A stretch of 32,000 nt of DNA from Wallemia ichthyophaga EXF-994 (lineage: Eukaryota; Fungi; Basidiomycota), in assembly GCF_000400465.1 (NCBI RefSeq), contig NW_008806288.1:237603-269602 (forward strand). Reading direction: 5' to 3'. This document shows, piece after piece, positions 1 to 9,985 of the stretch (its first letter is position 1; each line of letters starts with the position of its first letter). The position numbers and the translations under genes were made by a program. Below the pieces are notes generated by a model. That model was given only the letters and a program-made list of their open reading frames with translations, made no database searches and was not told the DNA's origin.

Positions 1-2589
1 TCCAACTGAGCAACAACATCTCTATCACGCTGTAGTTGGGACACCCACATGAAATCAGGTTGCTCAAAAGTAATCATGGAGATCCATTCAAAGTCTGCAT
101 CAACTCTGATCCACTCGTACGTTGCTTGTGACATAGCAGCTTCATCATCCTCGGTCCAATCTTCTACCTTCCATCTGTCTCTCTCCGATTCCTGTTCCCA
201 ATCGTTGAGCTGGAAACCCAAATCTATCATACCAATAGCCTCAGCAGCCTCTTCATCACCTTGGGCAGCAGCAGCAGCAGCAGCTTGTCTAGCTTGATAA
301 CGCTTTGTGTTCCTTCTAACACGCTTATATTTCGTGTTGAAAGGCACATCGAATCTCTTGTTGGGTTCCTTTATATCCAAAACATGCTCATATGGTGTAC
401 CATCAGCTTCGTGAATTCTAACAGTCATCTGACCTTCAAAAACTTGGGTTGGCCTGTTAAAATGAATTTCAGGTGTATCGGGTGTATGTGCGTCATATGC
501 TGGTGATTCTTGCTTTACTGTCATTTCAACGCACATTTTCTTTCTGTTAAAATTGGCTCCAATCATGAATCTAGGTGTACCAGATCCAAAAATCCATTGA
601 TCAGCAAACGTTCTTAAATCAACTCCGGCAACTTTTCTGCAAGTCCTCAAGAATCCATTTGTTGATATAATAACGTCACCAGAAAGCGCGCCCAGGAAGA
701 TTTTTGGCAGAACTCTAGACAATCCATGAGCTGTACCAGATTTAGATAGCTTTCTATCGAGAATGTGCAAGACAAGTGGTGCTTTCAAGAGTAAAAATGG
801 TGCGTCGTTATCATTTGGTGGTTCAAGCGCATTTGGTACGCTAAGTGGTGGTAGTTGGCCCGTATCATTCATTGCTAAACGATCCATATCCTTCTTCATT
901 CTAAAGAAATACTCATTGTTACCCATAGATTTCTTCAAAAAAAGATTTGCAATATAGCTAGCTAAGCCTTGAACTAGCCACATATCAGACCAAGATCTTG
1001 GCATGATATTAATACCAGACCATTGAGTGGCAAGAGCGTGTGATATTTTATGGCGAGTATCCAACGTCTGTTCGATAGCAGATGCAGGGTGCAGAAGATC
1101 TAGAGACATGATAACGACAGTAGAATACACAGTGACGTCTACCGGAGGATCATGCACGAAAACGACTTTGAAGGAAGAAAATGGGTACATACCATGCTCT
1201 GAGCTGTAGAAATGAAGAGCACGTGGAACTATAGCTACGGAGGCGGCCAACTCTTTAGCAGAACCAGGTGGACCAAAAGCGTGTAGGGAAGTGGATTGGG
1301 TGGTGCTAGAAGTATGCGGTATTGGTAGGACGTTGAAAGGACCAGCTGCAAAAGCAATATGCTGTACGGAAGTGGGTAGAGATTGAGCAAAGTGGAAGAT
1401 AGTCTTGGAGGATATCGATGGATGAGCGACTTGTTCGACTAAATCACCTGAAGAGACGACAACGACAGGCTCATCTTGTTCACCTTCAACGCCATCCTCG
1501 CCAACAGCACTTAAAAAGCGTGGAGTGATATATTCCAATTCCCACGTACATCTCTCCCAAAGACTGTCAATACAGGGGACCCAACAGCGGGCAGCATCGG
1601 GGCATGTAGGAGAGGTGTAAATGTGAGGGATGCGATAAGGGGAAGTTTCTGTTGGCTTGACGACTTGTAGGCCTTCGAATGGATGAGTGATAGAAAACTC
1701 AACGAAGATGGTGAGAGGGGCGAAGTCTTGAGAGTTGTTAGCAGCCTCCTTGCTTTCCTTCTCCTTTTCTTTCTCTTTTTCTTTCTCGCTTTGCTTTTGC
1801 TTCTCTTTCTCATTCTCGTCGTGCTTTTCTTGGTTGTGGTTCTCTTTATCCTTCTCTTTGTCATCCATGTGCTCTGCTTGCTCGTCTTTATGCACTGATT
1901 GCTCTGTACCATTCTCTGCGTGGCCTGCATCTTTCTCTGCTTGCTCTTTATCGTTATTATCTTTCTCAACGTCTGTCTCGTCAATCCGCTTCTCCTTATC
2001 TTGAGCAGAAGGCTCATCAGGAAGTAGGGAAACCTGATCGCCTACGCCACGCGAGATACAACGAGGCGGGAGGACAATACTCAGCTCGCCTTCATCGCCT
2101 TCAGAAAGGGCAGAATAGACTTTACGCTTGAGTTCGGGATGGCGGTGTACGTCGATCTTGCCGTCTTTGCCATGGCGTTCGCTAAGGGCGATATTCGACT
2201 GAGGGTCGAAGTGGGTGAAATCAGCGTGAGCGGGGGCAGCGTGAGCGTGAGGTGGGGTGACGAGGACTCTGTGGATATCTGTGGAGGTGTGAGCCAAATG
2301 GGCGTAAAGGATCACCGCCCAACTCACTCGCCTGCCTCGAATGGATGTTGACCGTCTTGAGAGCGTCTGTAGTGGGAGTGATAGTGAGTTCGGTGAATCC
2401 CTGAAGAGTGTAAGCGTGATTTCAAGGCGTGCAATTGCCGCTTCACGCACCCTGAAAACACCGCTGAAATCGACCTCGAGACAGACTCGCTGGTGGGTTG
2501 TTTGCGGGCGTTAGAATGACCGCGTAAATTATCAGTATAATCACTTATAAGCTAAAGCCGCGCTTGTGCGCTTCTCGTGAAACGGCCAT
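1..2589 (-). CDS. TAF2: TFIID subunit 2 (TAF2/TAF150), 5' part; gene continues past the window start
   Basis: Manual minus-strand translation gives MAVSREAHKRGFSL|THQRVCLEVDFSGVFR|GFTELTITPTT..., ARCWVPCIDSLWERCTWELEY, HKISHALATQWSGINI, QMTVRIHEADGTPYEHVLDI, YEWIRVDADFEWI and QPDFMWVSQLQRDRDVVAQL, all typical of TAF2. Introns 2548-2500, 2450-2401, 2327-2279. Absent from the ORF track, probably because no stop codon falls inside the window. Confidence 0.93.
2500..2548 (-). other. Non-canonical AT-AC intron (49 nt), first intron of TAF2
   Basis: Minus strand reads AGC TT|ATAAGTGATT...ATTCTAACGCCCGCAAAC|A ACC CAC CAG. Removing it restores GFSL-THQRV. Without splicing there is an in-frame TAA, and I found no GT-AG alternative that keeps the frame. 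Confidence 0.75.
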
Positions 2590-2618
2590 CTTCACTGATC
2601 AACTACCTATCTTTCGAG

Positions 2619-4698
2619 ATGATGGCTGTTGCTTCACAAGCGACTTCGAGTGAGGCGATACACCGTCTGATGCACCAATCCACTCAGCCTGTCTCGCTGG
2701 CTGTGATTAATTCCAAACGCAATCCTCCCCATCCGCCTCGCCCGCCACCCAGACAGAAGCGTCAGCGCAGGACTGCTTCCACTGCGCTAGTCCTTCTAGG
2801 AGCCGCAGATACTTCTTGTAGCGATAGAGAGGCTTTATTAGCAGCACTGCGTGATGCAGACAGTAGGATTTGTGGGTCTCCTCTTTTTTCCTGGTTTTTT
2901 CTCATTCTGTGGCGCAGTCGATGGCCAGCCGCTGCTCGAACCCGATCAGTTATTCGCGGTGGGCGATGTAGCGGGACAGCCTCTCTCGCCATCTCCATCT
3001 CCGTCTCCATCGCCCTCGCTCTCGCCGTCTCAACGTCAGCCTCCTCCCGCTAAGGTCAAAGGCGCGACACCGTTCGAACGCGTTGACGTCGGCTGCAGCG
3101 ACGACGACGGCGACGGTGTGGTCGACATCACAGACGAGTTGCGCGAGAAACATCACAAGCGGTGTGAGTACGATGAGCGACGCATTCGCAAACTAGAGAA
3201 AGAGCAACTGGTGCATGACCGGTACAAGTTGCAAGAGAAGCAAGACGCACTCGCGGCGCTTGAGTTGGAGGACAGCGAGGATATACCCGAGGAGGTGATA
3301 GCACTGTCGAGTGGGATCTCCCTCGAAGACCGCCCACTAGCTCTCGAGCTACAGCAGAAGCTGTTGTACGAGAACGACAAGATGCTCCAACGATACGACC
3401 TTCTCCTCAAATCTGATATTAAGGGGAGAGTATATCCCAAACCGCAGTACTCCTCTAACCCGTCCCCGTTCGATGTTCGCTGTGTTGGCGATAAGGGCAC
3501 GTACTCCGCCAGCGAACAGATGCGCAGCTTGGAGCAGAGAGTGTTCAAGGTGGACATGCAGTCGCCGTTTAGAGTCAGATTGAAAATGCCTCCCTCGACG
3601 AGAAAGTCGCTTAAGTCTTCTCAGAATATCTTAGCCTCTCCACTCAGTCGCTTCAGGACGCCTCTGACTCCCAAGACACCTGCTGCTGCTGCTGCCACTA
3701 GCAATGCTCCTTCGGCTCTCTCTATAGCTGCAGATGCCCGCCTTACCTCACGATCACAAGACAAAAGTAGAAGAAAGTCACAGCGGTCGCTCGTAGCTTT
3801 CGGTGTGAATATACCCAATGAAATCGATAAGGAGCGTGAATTCAGTCTCGTAGATGCAGCCGAGGGTTATGGGCTGTGGACTGGGACAGAGAACGAGTTT
3901 GACAGTAGGAGGATGTGGGAGGACGCTTTGTCGTGCAGAGAGCGAGGAGAAGCGCATGTTTTCGCAACCACAAGTGCAGATGCCGCGAAGCCAACCGTAT
4001 CTCTGCCAGTGGGAACGATGACGACGCCTAAGAGGACTTTAGCTGGGGCTGACGCTGCTTCAGCGTCTGCATCTGCATCTACTTCAACTACGCCTGCGTC
4101 GGATGAAATGGAGTGGGTCGAATCACCTGCATCACCTTCATCACCACCTTCTTCTACGCCTAAAACGTCACGGGAGATGTATGCACAGCTGTCAACACCC
4201 AAACGAGGCAAGAAACGCGGTAGGAAATCGCCGATGCGCGCTGAAAGCAGTAAAAGTATTAAAATCGATAATAAAAAGACATCATCGGTGACGGGTAGAG
4301 GACGAGGTAGACCGCCGCGGTATGGTGAGAATGTTGAAAACAAACCGCAGGAACCGAAGCTTAAACCGGGAACGGTAACTTCCACGATTAGAGGAAAGGG
4401 GATTACGTACGTCTATGGCAAGTTCAGGGGGCGCAGGAAGATTACCGATCCATTCGTTCTCAAGGCCAATCCGGGTTTGAGAGTGGGAGGAGATGCACCG
4501 TTAGTACATACGGCTGATGGTGAAGGATCAACAGCGCAAGAAGAACAAGGTAATGAAGTGAAGAAAGTGAAACAGGAGACACACCTCGACAGCGAGATCA
4601 AAGAGGAAGAGGAAGTGGCAAAGGTAGTACAAGACACGCAAGACGCACAAGAAACCAAACCAGCTGGCAAGAATAGTCGCCATCGCATGACGTCATAA
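2619..4698 (+). CDS. Sas4-domain (something-about-silencing 4-like) chromatin protein with an AT-hook-like motif
   Basis: Exon 2619-2862 plus intron 2863-2917 (GTAGGA..GCAG) joins in frame to the 615-aa ORF. The segment ELREKHHKRCEYDERRIRKLEKEQLVHDRYKLQEKQDAL...ENDKMLQRYDLLL resembles the Sas4 helical domain, and GRGRGRPP lies near 4295-4320. The start codon could be 2619, 2622 or 2670. Confidence 0.6.
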
Positions 4699-4861
4699 AG
4701 ACTGTATTTATATGCAAAGAGATTGTAATGATGTATTTATCCCAACTTTATTAGGTGATTCAAGTGAGTGATATGCAAGTTTTAACTGTATACAAGAATT
4801 AAGGTGAGAGTGATCCAGGAGAGGTTGAGGTGAATGAGGTGTATCTATAATGCCAACCAAA

Positions 4862-6394
4862 TCAAGCCCTTCTAGAACCTTGGGCACCTAGAACGAGAGT
4901 TTTCTTCTTCTTTTTCTTCCCAGCGCCAGCAGAAGAAGTAGCACTGCCACTAACATTCTCATGCGAATGAGAATTCTGCTCCTCCAACGCCCTGTTCCAC
5001 TGTAAATCAAAAGATTCGATATCCTCTCTGCGCTGACTGCCATTAGTATCAGAACAGGAGAGGGCGGTTGCGAAAGAACCACCCCACGGCGAAGCAGCCG
5101 AGCTAGAAGCAGCAGCAGAACTAATAGCGAGAGCATGATTAAGCTGACTCTCCTCATCCTCCTCCTGCGCCGAGCGGGTGGACAACATCTGCGGGAAGCT
5201 ACTAGCGGAGAGAGCCTCAGTCTGCCTCGCTACGCGTTCACTCTCTTCCACATCCGCCCTCCTGCGCGCCCGCCTAGACTCTTGATCCTCTTTGCGCTGT
5301 TTCGCCATTCTTCTCCGTCTGCGCTGAAGGAGGGGTTCCTTGAAAGCGTCGAGTGTAGCGTCGTCCACGACACCCTCGAGCGACGTCTCCACGAAAATAA
5401 TCTCGCATCCGAGGGGGAGGTGAGCGAGATATTTGCAGCGCCGCTGCAGGTGTGCGTCGACAATGCACTCGTGCGTGTGCTCCACGCGCAGCGTCACATG
5501 CGGTGGAAAGGCAGCATAAGCACCGTAATGCTGCAGCAGCATGCGCGAGTCAAGTGTGTGCAGAAACACAGGCAAACCCTGACTCGACTGGTAAAAGAAG
5601 TAGTCGGGTGTGTGCGCCGACGGAGTGTAGGGTGGGCGGTGAGTGAGTTGCGTATGGAGTACTTGCTGGTGGGACTCGTGTTGATGCGCAGACGCTGGCG
5701 TCGCGTTTGTGGCCGCGTGCAGCGCGTCGACCACCCGAGCACTCGCGTCGTCCATGTACATCTGTGTGAAAGTATCGCCAGCGCTGCGATCCCGCGCGCG
5801 TTGTAGGGCGTGGATGTCGCGCGTGTATAGCTGCGATACTGTCGATGGAGTGGCGTGCATCGTTTTGGCAAATGTGAAGACATCGGGGATGAACGAAGGT
5901 GGCATGTCCTGCGGCCGGACAAGCGAGGACGGGTAGAGGTGACCAGTGGGCAGGGCCAGCTGGCTATGTAGTGGCTTGCGTAAGAGAGTGAGGTCTATTG
6001 TGGATGAGGATGGCAGTATGGGCTGCAAATGCACGGGTTTAACCTGCTTCAAGTAGAAAACATCGCCGCAGACAGCGCATTTGGTGTATTTTGGATTGTC
6101 GCTGCTGGCCAGATGCTGGCTGTGGATGGTGTTAGATAGTGTTCGATGAGGTTATACGATATCGACACACAGAAGACACGGGAGGCAGAAGATATGGCCG
6201 CAGAGAAGCATCCTAGGGGCGATAAGAGCGTCTAAGCAAATCGGACACGTCGTGGGTGAGGCATGCTCGTTGAAGGAGTCCAAAGGGCTGATTGTGGGTA
6301 CTATAACCTGGAGAATGTGGTTCCAGTGGAGAGTAGCGGGAGTAGAATCCGCACTAAGGATGAATCTGTAGCTGTTGAACACGAATTCACGCAT
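4862..6394 (-). CDS. MAG2: RING-finger E3 ubiquitin ligase, Mag2/RNF10 family
   Basis: C3HC4 RING CPIC...CGHIFCLPC...CAVC assembled across intron 6170-6120. N-terminal MREFVFNSYRFIL and C-terminal YFFYQSSQGLPVFLHTLDSRML...CKYLAHLPLGCEIIFVE match RNF10/Mag2 motifs. Confidence 0.85.
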
Positions 6395-6437
6395 GGATGC
6401 GTGTGGAGGTGGTGGCGGTTGCAAATAGACGGTCACG

Positions 6438-6821
6438 ATGCACTCACCGTACAAGGCCCGTGTGAGGCACTATACGGATAGTGGGGATGGGAGGCCTAGT
6501 GCTGCTGTTACACCGAAAAAAGAGATAGAAAATCGCAAGATAGCGGATTTAGAGATAAGCAACCAGGCGTTGTTGACAATCAACAAGCAGCTCGAGCAGA
6601 CACGCAAGAAGCACTTAAAGGAGATAAAGGACCTGAAGGAGCAGCTCGCCCAGCTACAGCAGCAGCGGAGATCACCCAGTCCATCTTCGCTTATTGATGG
6701 CGTTGAGGAGGAGGACGCGGATGACAGCATCGAGAATGATAACCAATTCAATAAGATACGGTGGTCGATACAGGATCTGATAGAGCAGGGGAGAGATGCT
6801 CTGGGTGTTGAGAATGTCTAA
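6438..6821 (+). CDS. Small coiled-coil protein, conserved fungal uncharacterised type
   Basis: 127-aa ATG-started ORF. ENRKIADLEISNQALLTINKQLEQTRKKHLKEIKDLK resembles a coiled-coil motif I recall from uncharacterised fungal proteins. Confidence 0.55.
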   Translation: MHSPYKARVRHYTDSGDGRPSAAVTPKKEIENRKIADLEISNQALLTINKQLEQTRKKHLKEIKDLKEQLAQLQQQRRSPSPSSLIDGVEEEDADDSIENDNQFNKIRWSIQDLIEQGRDALGVENV

Positions 6822-6982
6822 ATTTTCACTGCTCAGCTTTTGAAGATTTGAAATTCCTTCTTGATTTACACCAACGACGACGAATAACAGATATCCATTC
6901 AAGATATATCCAATAGACTGTGAGTGATGGTAGTGCGTTGCAGGTTGCTGGCTGCCGCTAGCTGCTGCTGGCCACCCACTGG

Positions 6983-7063
6983 CTACACGATGAATACAAT
7001 GTATCAGGCAAGTTCACACTGAATCAAATGTGATGACATACGCATCTTTATTCAAACTGATTA
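6983..7063 (+). ncRNA. Candidate intronic box C/D snoRNA
   Basis: C-like (A)CGATGA 6987-6993, D' CTGA 7019-7022, C' GTGATGA 7030-7036, D CTGA 7057-7060, in canonical order. Flanked by a perfect 10-bp inverted repeat (6960-6969 / 7065-7074). Confidence 0.6.
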
Positions 7064-7154
7064 AAGCAGCAGCTCTAGCTGTAGCCTGTGGCCTGTAGCC
7101 TGCAGCGATAGCTAACACCGACTAACGCAGATACTCACAGATCCATGTACTTTT

Positions 7155-7265
7155 AATTGATGACCATTGCCTTTTATTCGACTCGATGTGAATGTCAAAC
7201 CCGTCAAAACTATCCAAATTTTGGGCTATCCAACCCAATTTTAGGCTGAAACGGCGGGAACATTG
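7155..7265 (+). ncRNA. Weaker candidate second intronic snoRNA (C/D or H/ACA)
   Basis: TTGATGA 7157-7163 and CTGA 7246-7249. Alternatively, hairpins with an ANANNA (AAACTA) and ACA at 7260-7262. Class unresolved. Confidence 0.3.
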
Positions 7266-7451
7266 AAGCTGTGACTAACGGAGGTGGTGAATTAACTTTG
7301 ATCTCATTCTCTGTAAATTGCAGCAACATGTATTCTAATCTTATTTATTCTGAATCAAGTCTTCGCAAATGTGCTCATCCAACTGAAATAAAGTCAATAG
7401 ACTGGTAAATCACTTCGTTTTGAGTGTAAGCGTGAACACTTTTCCTGCTTT

Positions 7452-7715
7452 TCAAGTCTCGTGAGCCTGATAGGACGTATCTGATAGATTCGCAATTGTG
7501 AATCTCTCGCCTGACGGCCTGTCCATGTCTTTCTTATGAAAGCATCCAGTATGGCACTCTTTCCGTTTAAATTCAACTGTGTTGGGGTCAAAAGCGGGTC
7601 TTATCTTGAGCTCGCTCTTTGTGATGGCGTAGCAGTCCTCTTGCTGGTAGCAGTACTTAATCACCGAGTCAAGGTTTGAGCACAGCTCTACTAACTGCTC
7701 ATCGATATCTACCAT
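7452..7715 (-). pseudogene. Possible degenerate Cys-containing ORF remnant
   Basis: 87-aa ORF with 5 Cys. The same frame stays open for about 26 codons upstream of an in-frame TAG and about 13 codons past the TGA. No recognisable family. Confidence 0.2.
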
Positions 7716-8851
7716 GAAGAAATTCTAGAATAATGTGTTTTCTTCGGGCCCTTTTGGTTGGTTGAAGATTTTCCCTTGCTTGAGTGGCCTTGGTTTCGGT
7801 AGACTATTATTAAATAAGATATATATAGAATGTAGCGGTGCTCTCATTAAGTCGAGATATTCGCCGATGTACTAGCCATATCAGCTACTGTACCCTCTTC
7901 CAAGGAAAACCCGAAAACTTTGTAGCTTATTGAATTTAATTGGTCATTTTATCAATATTGATCGAATTCAGTAACAAAAACATCTGAATCTGCACGCTGA
8001 GTGACGAAAATCTTCTTTTGTTTACATTAAATTACCCCATAGTCACGCGAAACATTCGAAGCTTCCAAGTCTTTTTTTTTTTGCGCAGTTATTTGATTGG
8101 ATAAAGGTATTGGACAGACGTATGCGTATTCTGTGGGCATCTACTGGCAATGAAACACATGTACAGCCTTATCGACCTCTATTATGACATGATATACGTT
8201 CGTTAACTTTAATTTACAACAAAATACATATATGATGCTTGTTGCTTGAGCATATCTCTGTCCTAGTTTACTGTCTTTGAAAATCCATTCCTTGGTTTAA
8301 CTCAATAAGTAATCTTCAAGCAGCTATGTGCTGCTGGCTGCTTGCGTTGCTTATCCTTGAGGAACATATCTCCGAATTTCTTAGCGCTCTCAATCATCAT
8401 CCCAATGCCCTGTTTCACTGATGGTGCCAATCGTTTTTGTCCGTCCTGCAAAAAATGAAAGGGTGCTGAATGTTATTATTTGCACCATCATAATCTCGGC
8501 CATGCTTTCTCATCCGTGAAAATTCCCCTCAATACGCATCCCAAACTCCATATGTCGCACTTTGTCGAGTATCCAGTCATTCCAACTGAGTCTATTACTT
8601 CAGGCTGCGCTGTCATACGCGTTACGCTCGAATGATAATCATTCACCACTCTCAGGCATCTAGTATAAAATCCCCTTCATGTGGCACCGGTATTGGTACC
8701 ATACGCAGCAGAATCTATTCACCTGTCGAACCTGCCATACACAACACATTCCAATTGCCCTCGAAATCGACGAACAAATTACTGCTTTGAGATATCTGTG
8801 TCACACACTGCTATCGTCGAGGTAATCACAACTTCTTTATCCGTAACAGCC

Positions 8852-9891
8852 ATGCTATCCTACGCGTGTTTATCTCTCGCGCTTCTTTTAAGTGCAAACG
8901 TAAAAGCACATGGAGACGTTGACCCAGATACTCCTGATAACTACATTTCCCAGCATGTGAGTTTGGTGTTGGTGTCAGTGCGCATCATCAACTCACTCAC
9001 CTTAGATGGCGTCAGAGCACCATATAAATGGTTTTGATTTGGTTTCTTTTTTTAAGCTCCACGATTTAGACAGAGATAACCTCCTCACTGCTCCTGAAAT
9101 TGAAGCCATTTACGGTTTACATCATTATGAGTCCACTGGTAACTCAGTCTCTGATAAAGAGCACGATATCAAAGTCAATCAGGTCGTCAATCGTGTTCTT
9201 GAGTCGCTTGATGATAATAATGACGGTGTAATTACCCTCCGTGAGTTTAAAAACGGCGGTGATAACGGTTTGCCTTCATTCCCCGAGCTGGGTGGCTTAG
9301 GACATCATTATGGTGGGTTTTAGTGCTACCATTCCCCTCTCTAATCCTATCCAGATGAGGAAAGCGAATACTTTATCCACCACGAGGAAAAGTATCACGC
9401 AACTCCTGAAACTCAGACAGATGAATCTTACAACCACCCAGAGGACCTTAAGCACTTTGCTCACCACGATCAAATCGACAAAGACGAGGATAGCAGGGAT
9501 GCTCAGTTCCTCAAGTCAGAATCACTCGACCATGACGCACACGACGATGGAATTCAGCACATCAAAGACGATAGCGGCAATGAGCCTCAGTTGCTTAAAA
9601 ACGATATACCCCAAGATGTCCAGAATCATGATAAACCGTTTGAACCCCTCGGCACGGTCACCGGTGCCGATAATCTAAACAAGATGCACCAACTAGTCAA
9701 ACAGGCCAAAAATTCCGGTCAATCGAGATGGGGAGATGGTTCCAACGGATATGCCCAGCCAAAAACACACGCAGACAAGGCTTCTCGGTGAGTGACCTCA
9801 TTAATTTATTCATTTGATTGCTCATCGGCATATTAGGAAAAATTTGCCTTATAAATATAGATTATCGAGGCCATACAACCGCGAGCTGTGA
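8852..9891 (+). CDS. SSP120: Ssp120-like secretory-pathway EF-hand protein
   Basis: Signal peptide MLSYACLSLALLLSANVKA, then HMASEHHINGFDLVSFFKLHDLDRDN, a second EF-hand DDNNDGVITLRE and DEESEYFIHHEEKYH. Introns 8957-9005, 9313-9354, 9788-9836. Ends ...PYNREL*. Confidence 0.85.
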
Positions 9892-9985
9892 GCAGATGTA
9901 GCGTGGGATACGAGGAACATTGTAATTGAAAAATTTTGATTTATGTAGTTGATTTGTCTGACTTCGCGCTTGCGTCACATCACCC

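Larger units (their letters stand above)
6920..7283 (+). ncRNA. Putative spliced non-coding snoRNA host transcript (two oversized introns, 16-nt middle exon)
   Basis: Intron 1 runs from GTGAGT at 6920 to ACTAACGCAG at 7130. Exon 7131-7146. Intron 2 runs from GTACTT at 7147 to GACTAAC-GGAG at 7283, or to TTGCAG at about 7324. The joined exons contain no meaningful ORF. Confidence 0.4.

Noticed and set aside
1511-2017. K/R-rich and L/F/S-rich ORFs (1511-2017 -, 1683-1898 +, 1735-2004 +)
   Set aside because: Off-frame or antisense shadows of a K/E-rich low-complexity insertion in TAF2.
6373-6447. GTGAGT on the minus strand upstream of MAG2, a possible extra exon/intron
   Set aside because: The nearest usable AG would remove the conserved MREFVFN segment, and an upstream exon would overlap the 6438 gene. 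ATG 6394 is simpler.
7183-7260. Two 11-nt sense matches to LSU rRNA (TGAATGTCAAA, AAACGGCGGGA), suggesting a minus-strand guide RNA
   Set aside because: No properly placed C/D boxes on the minus strand, and the splice signals point to + strand transcription. Recalled short matches can be chance.
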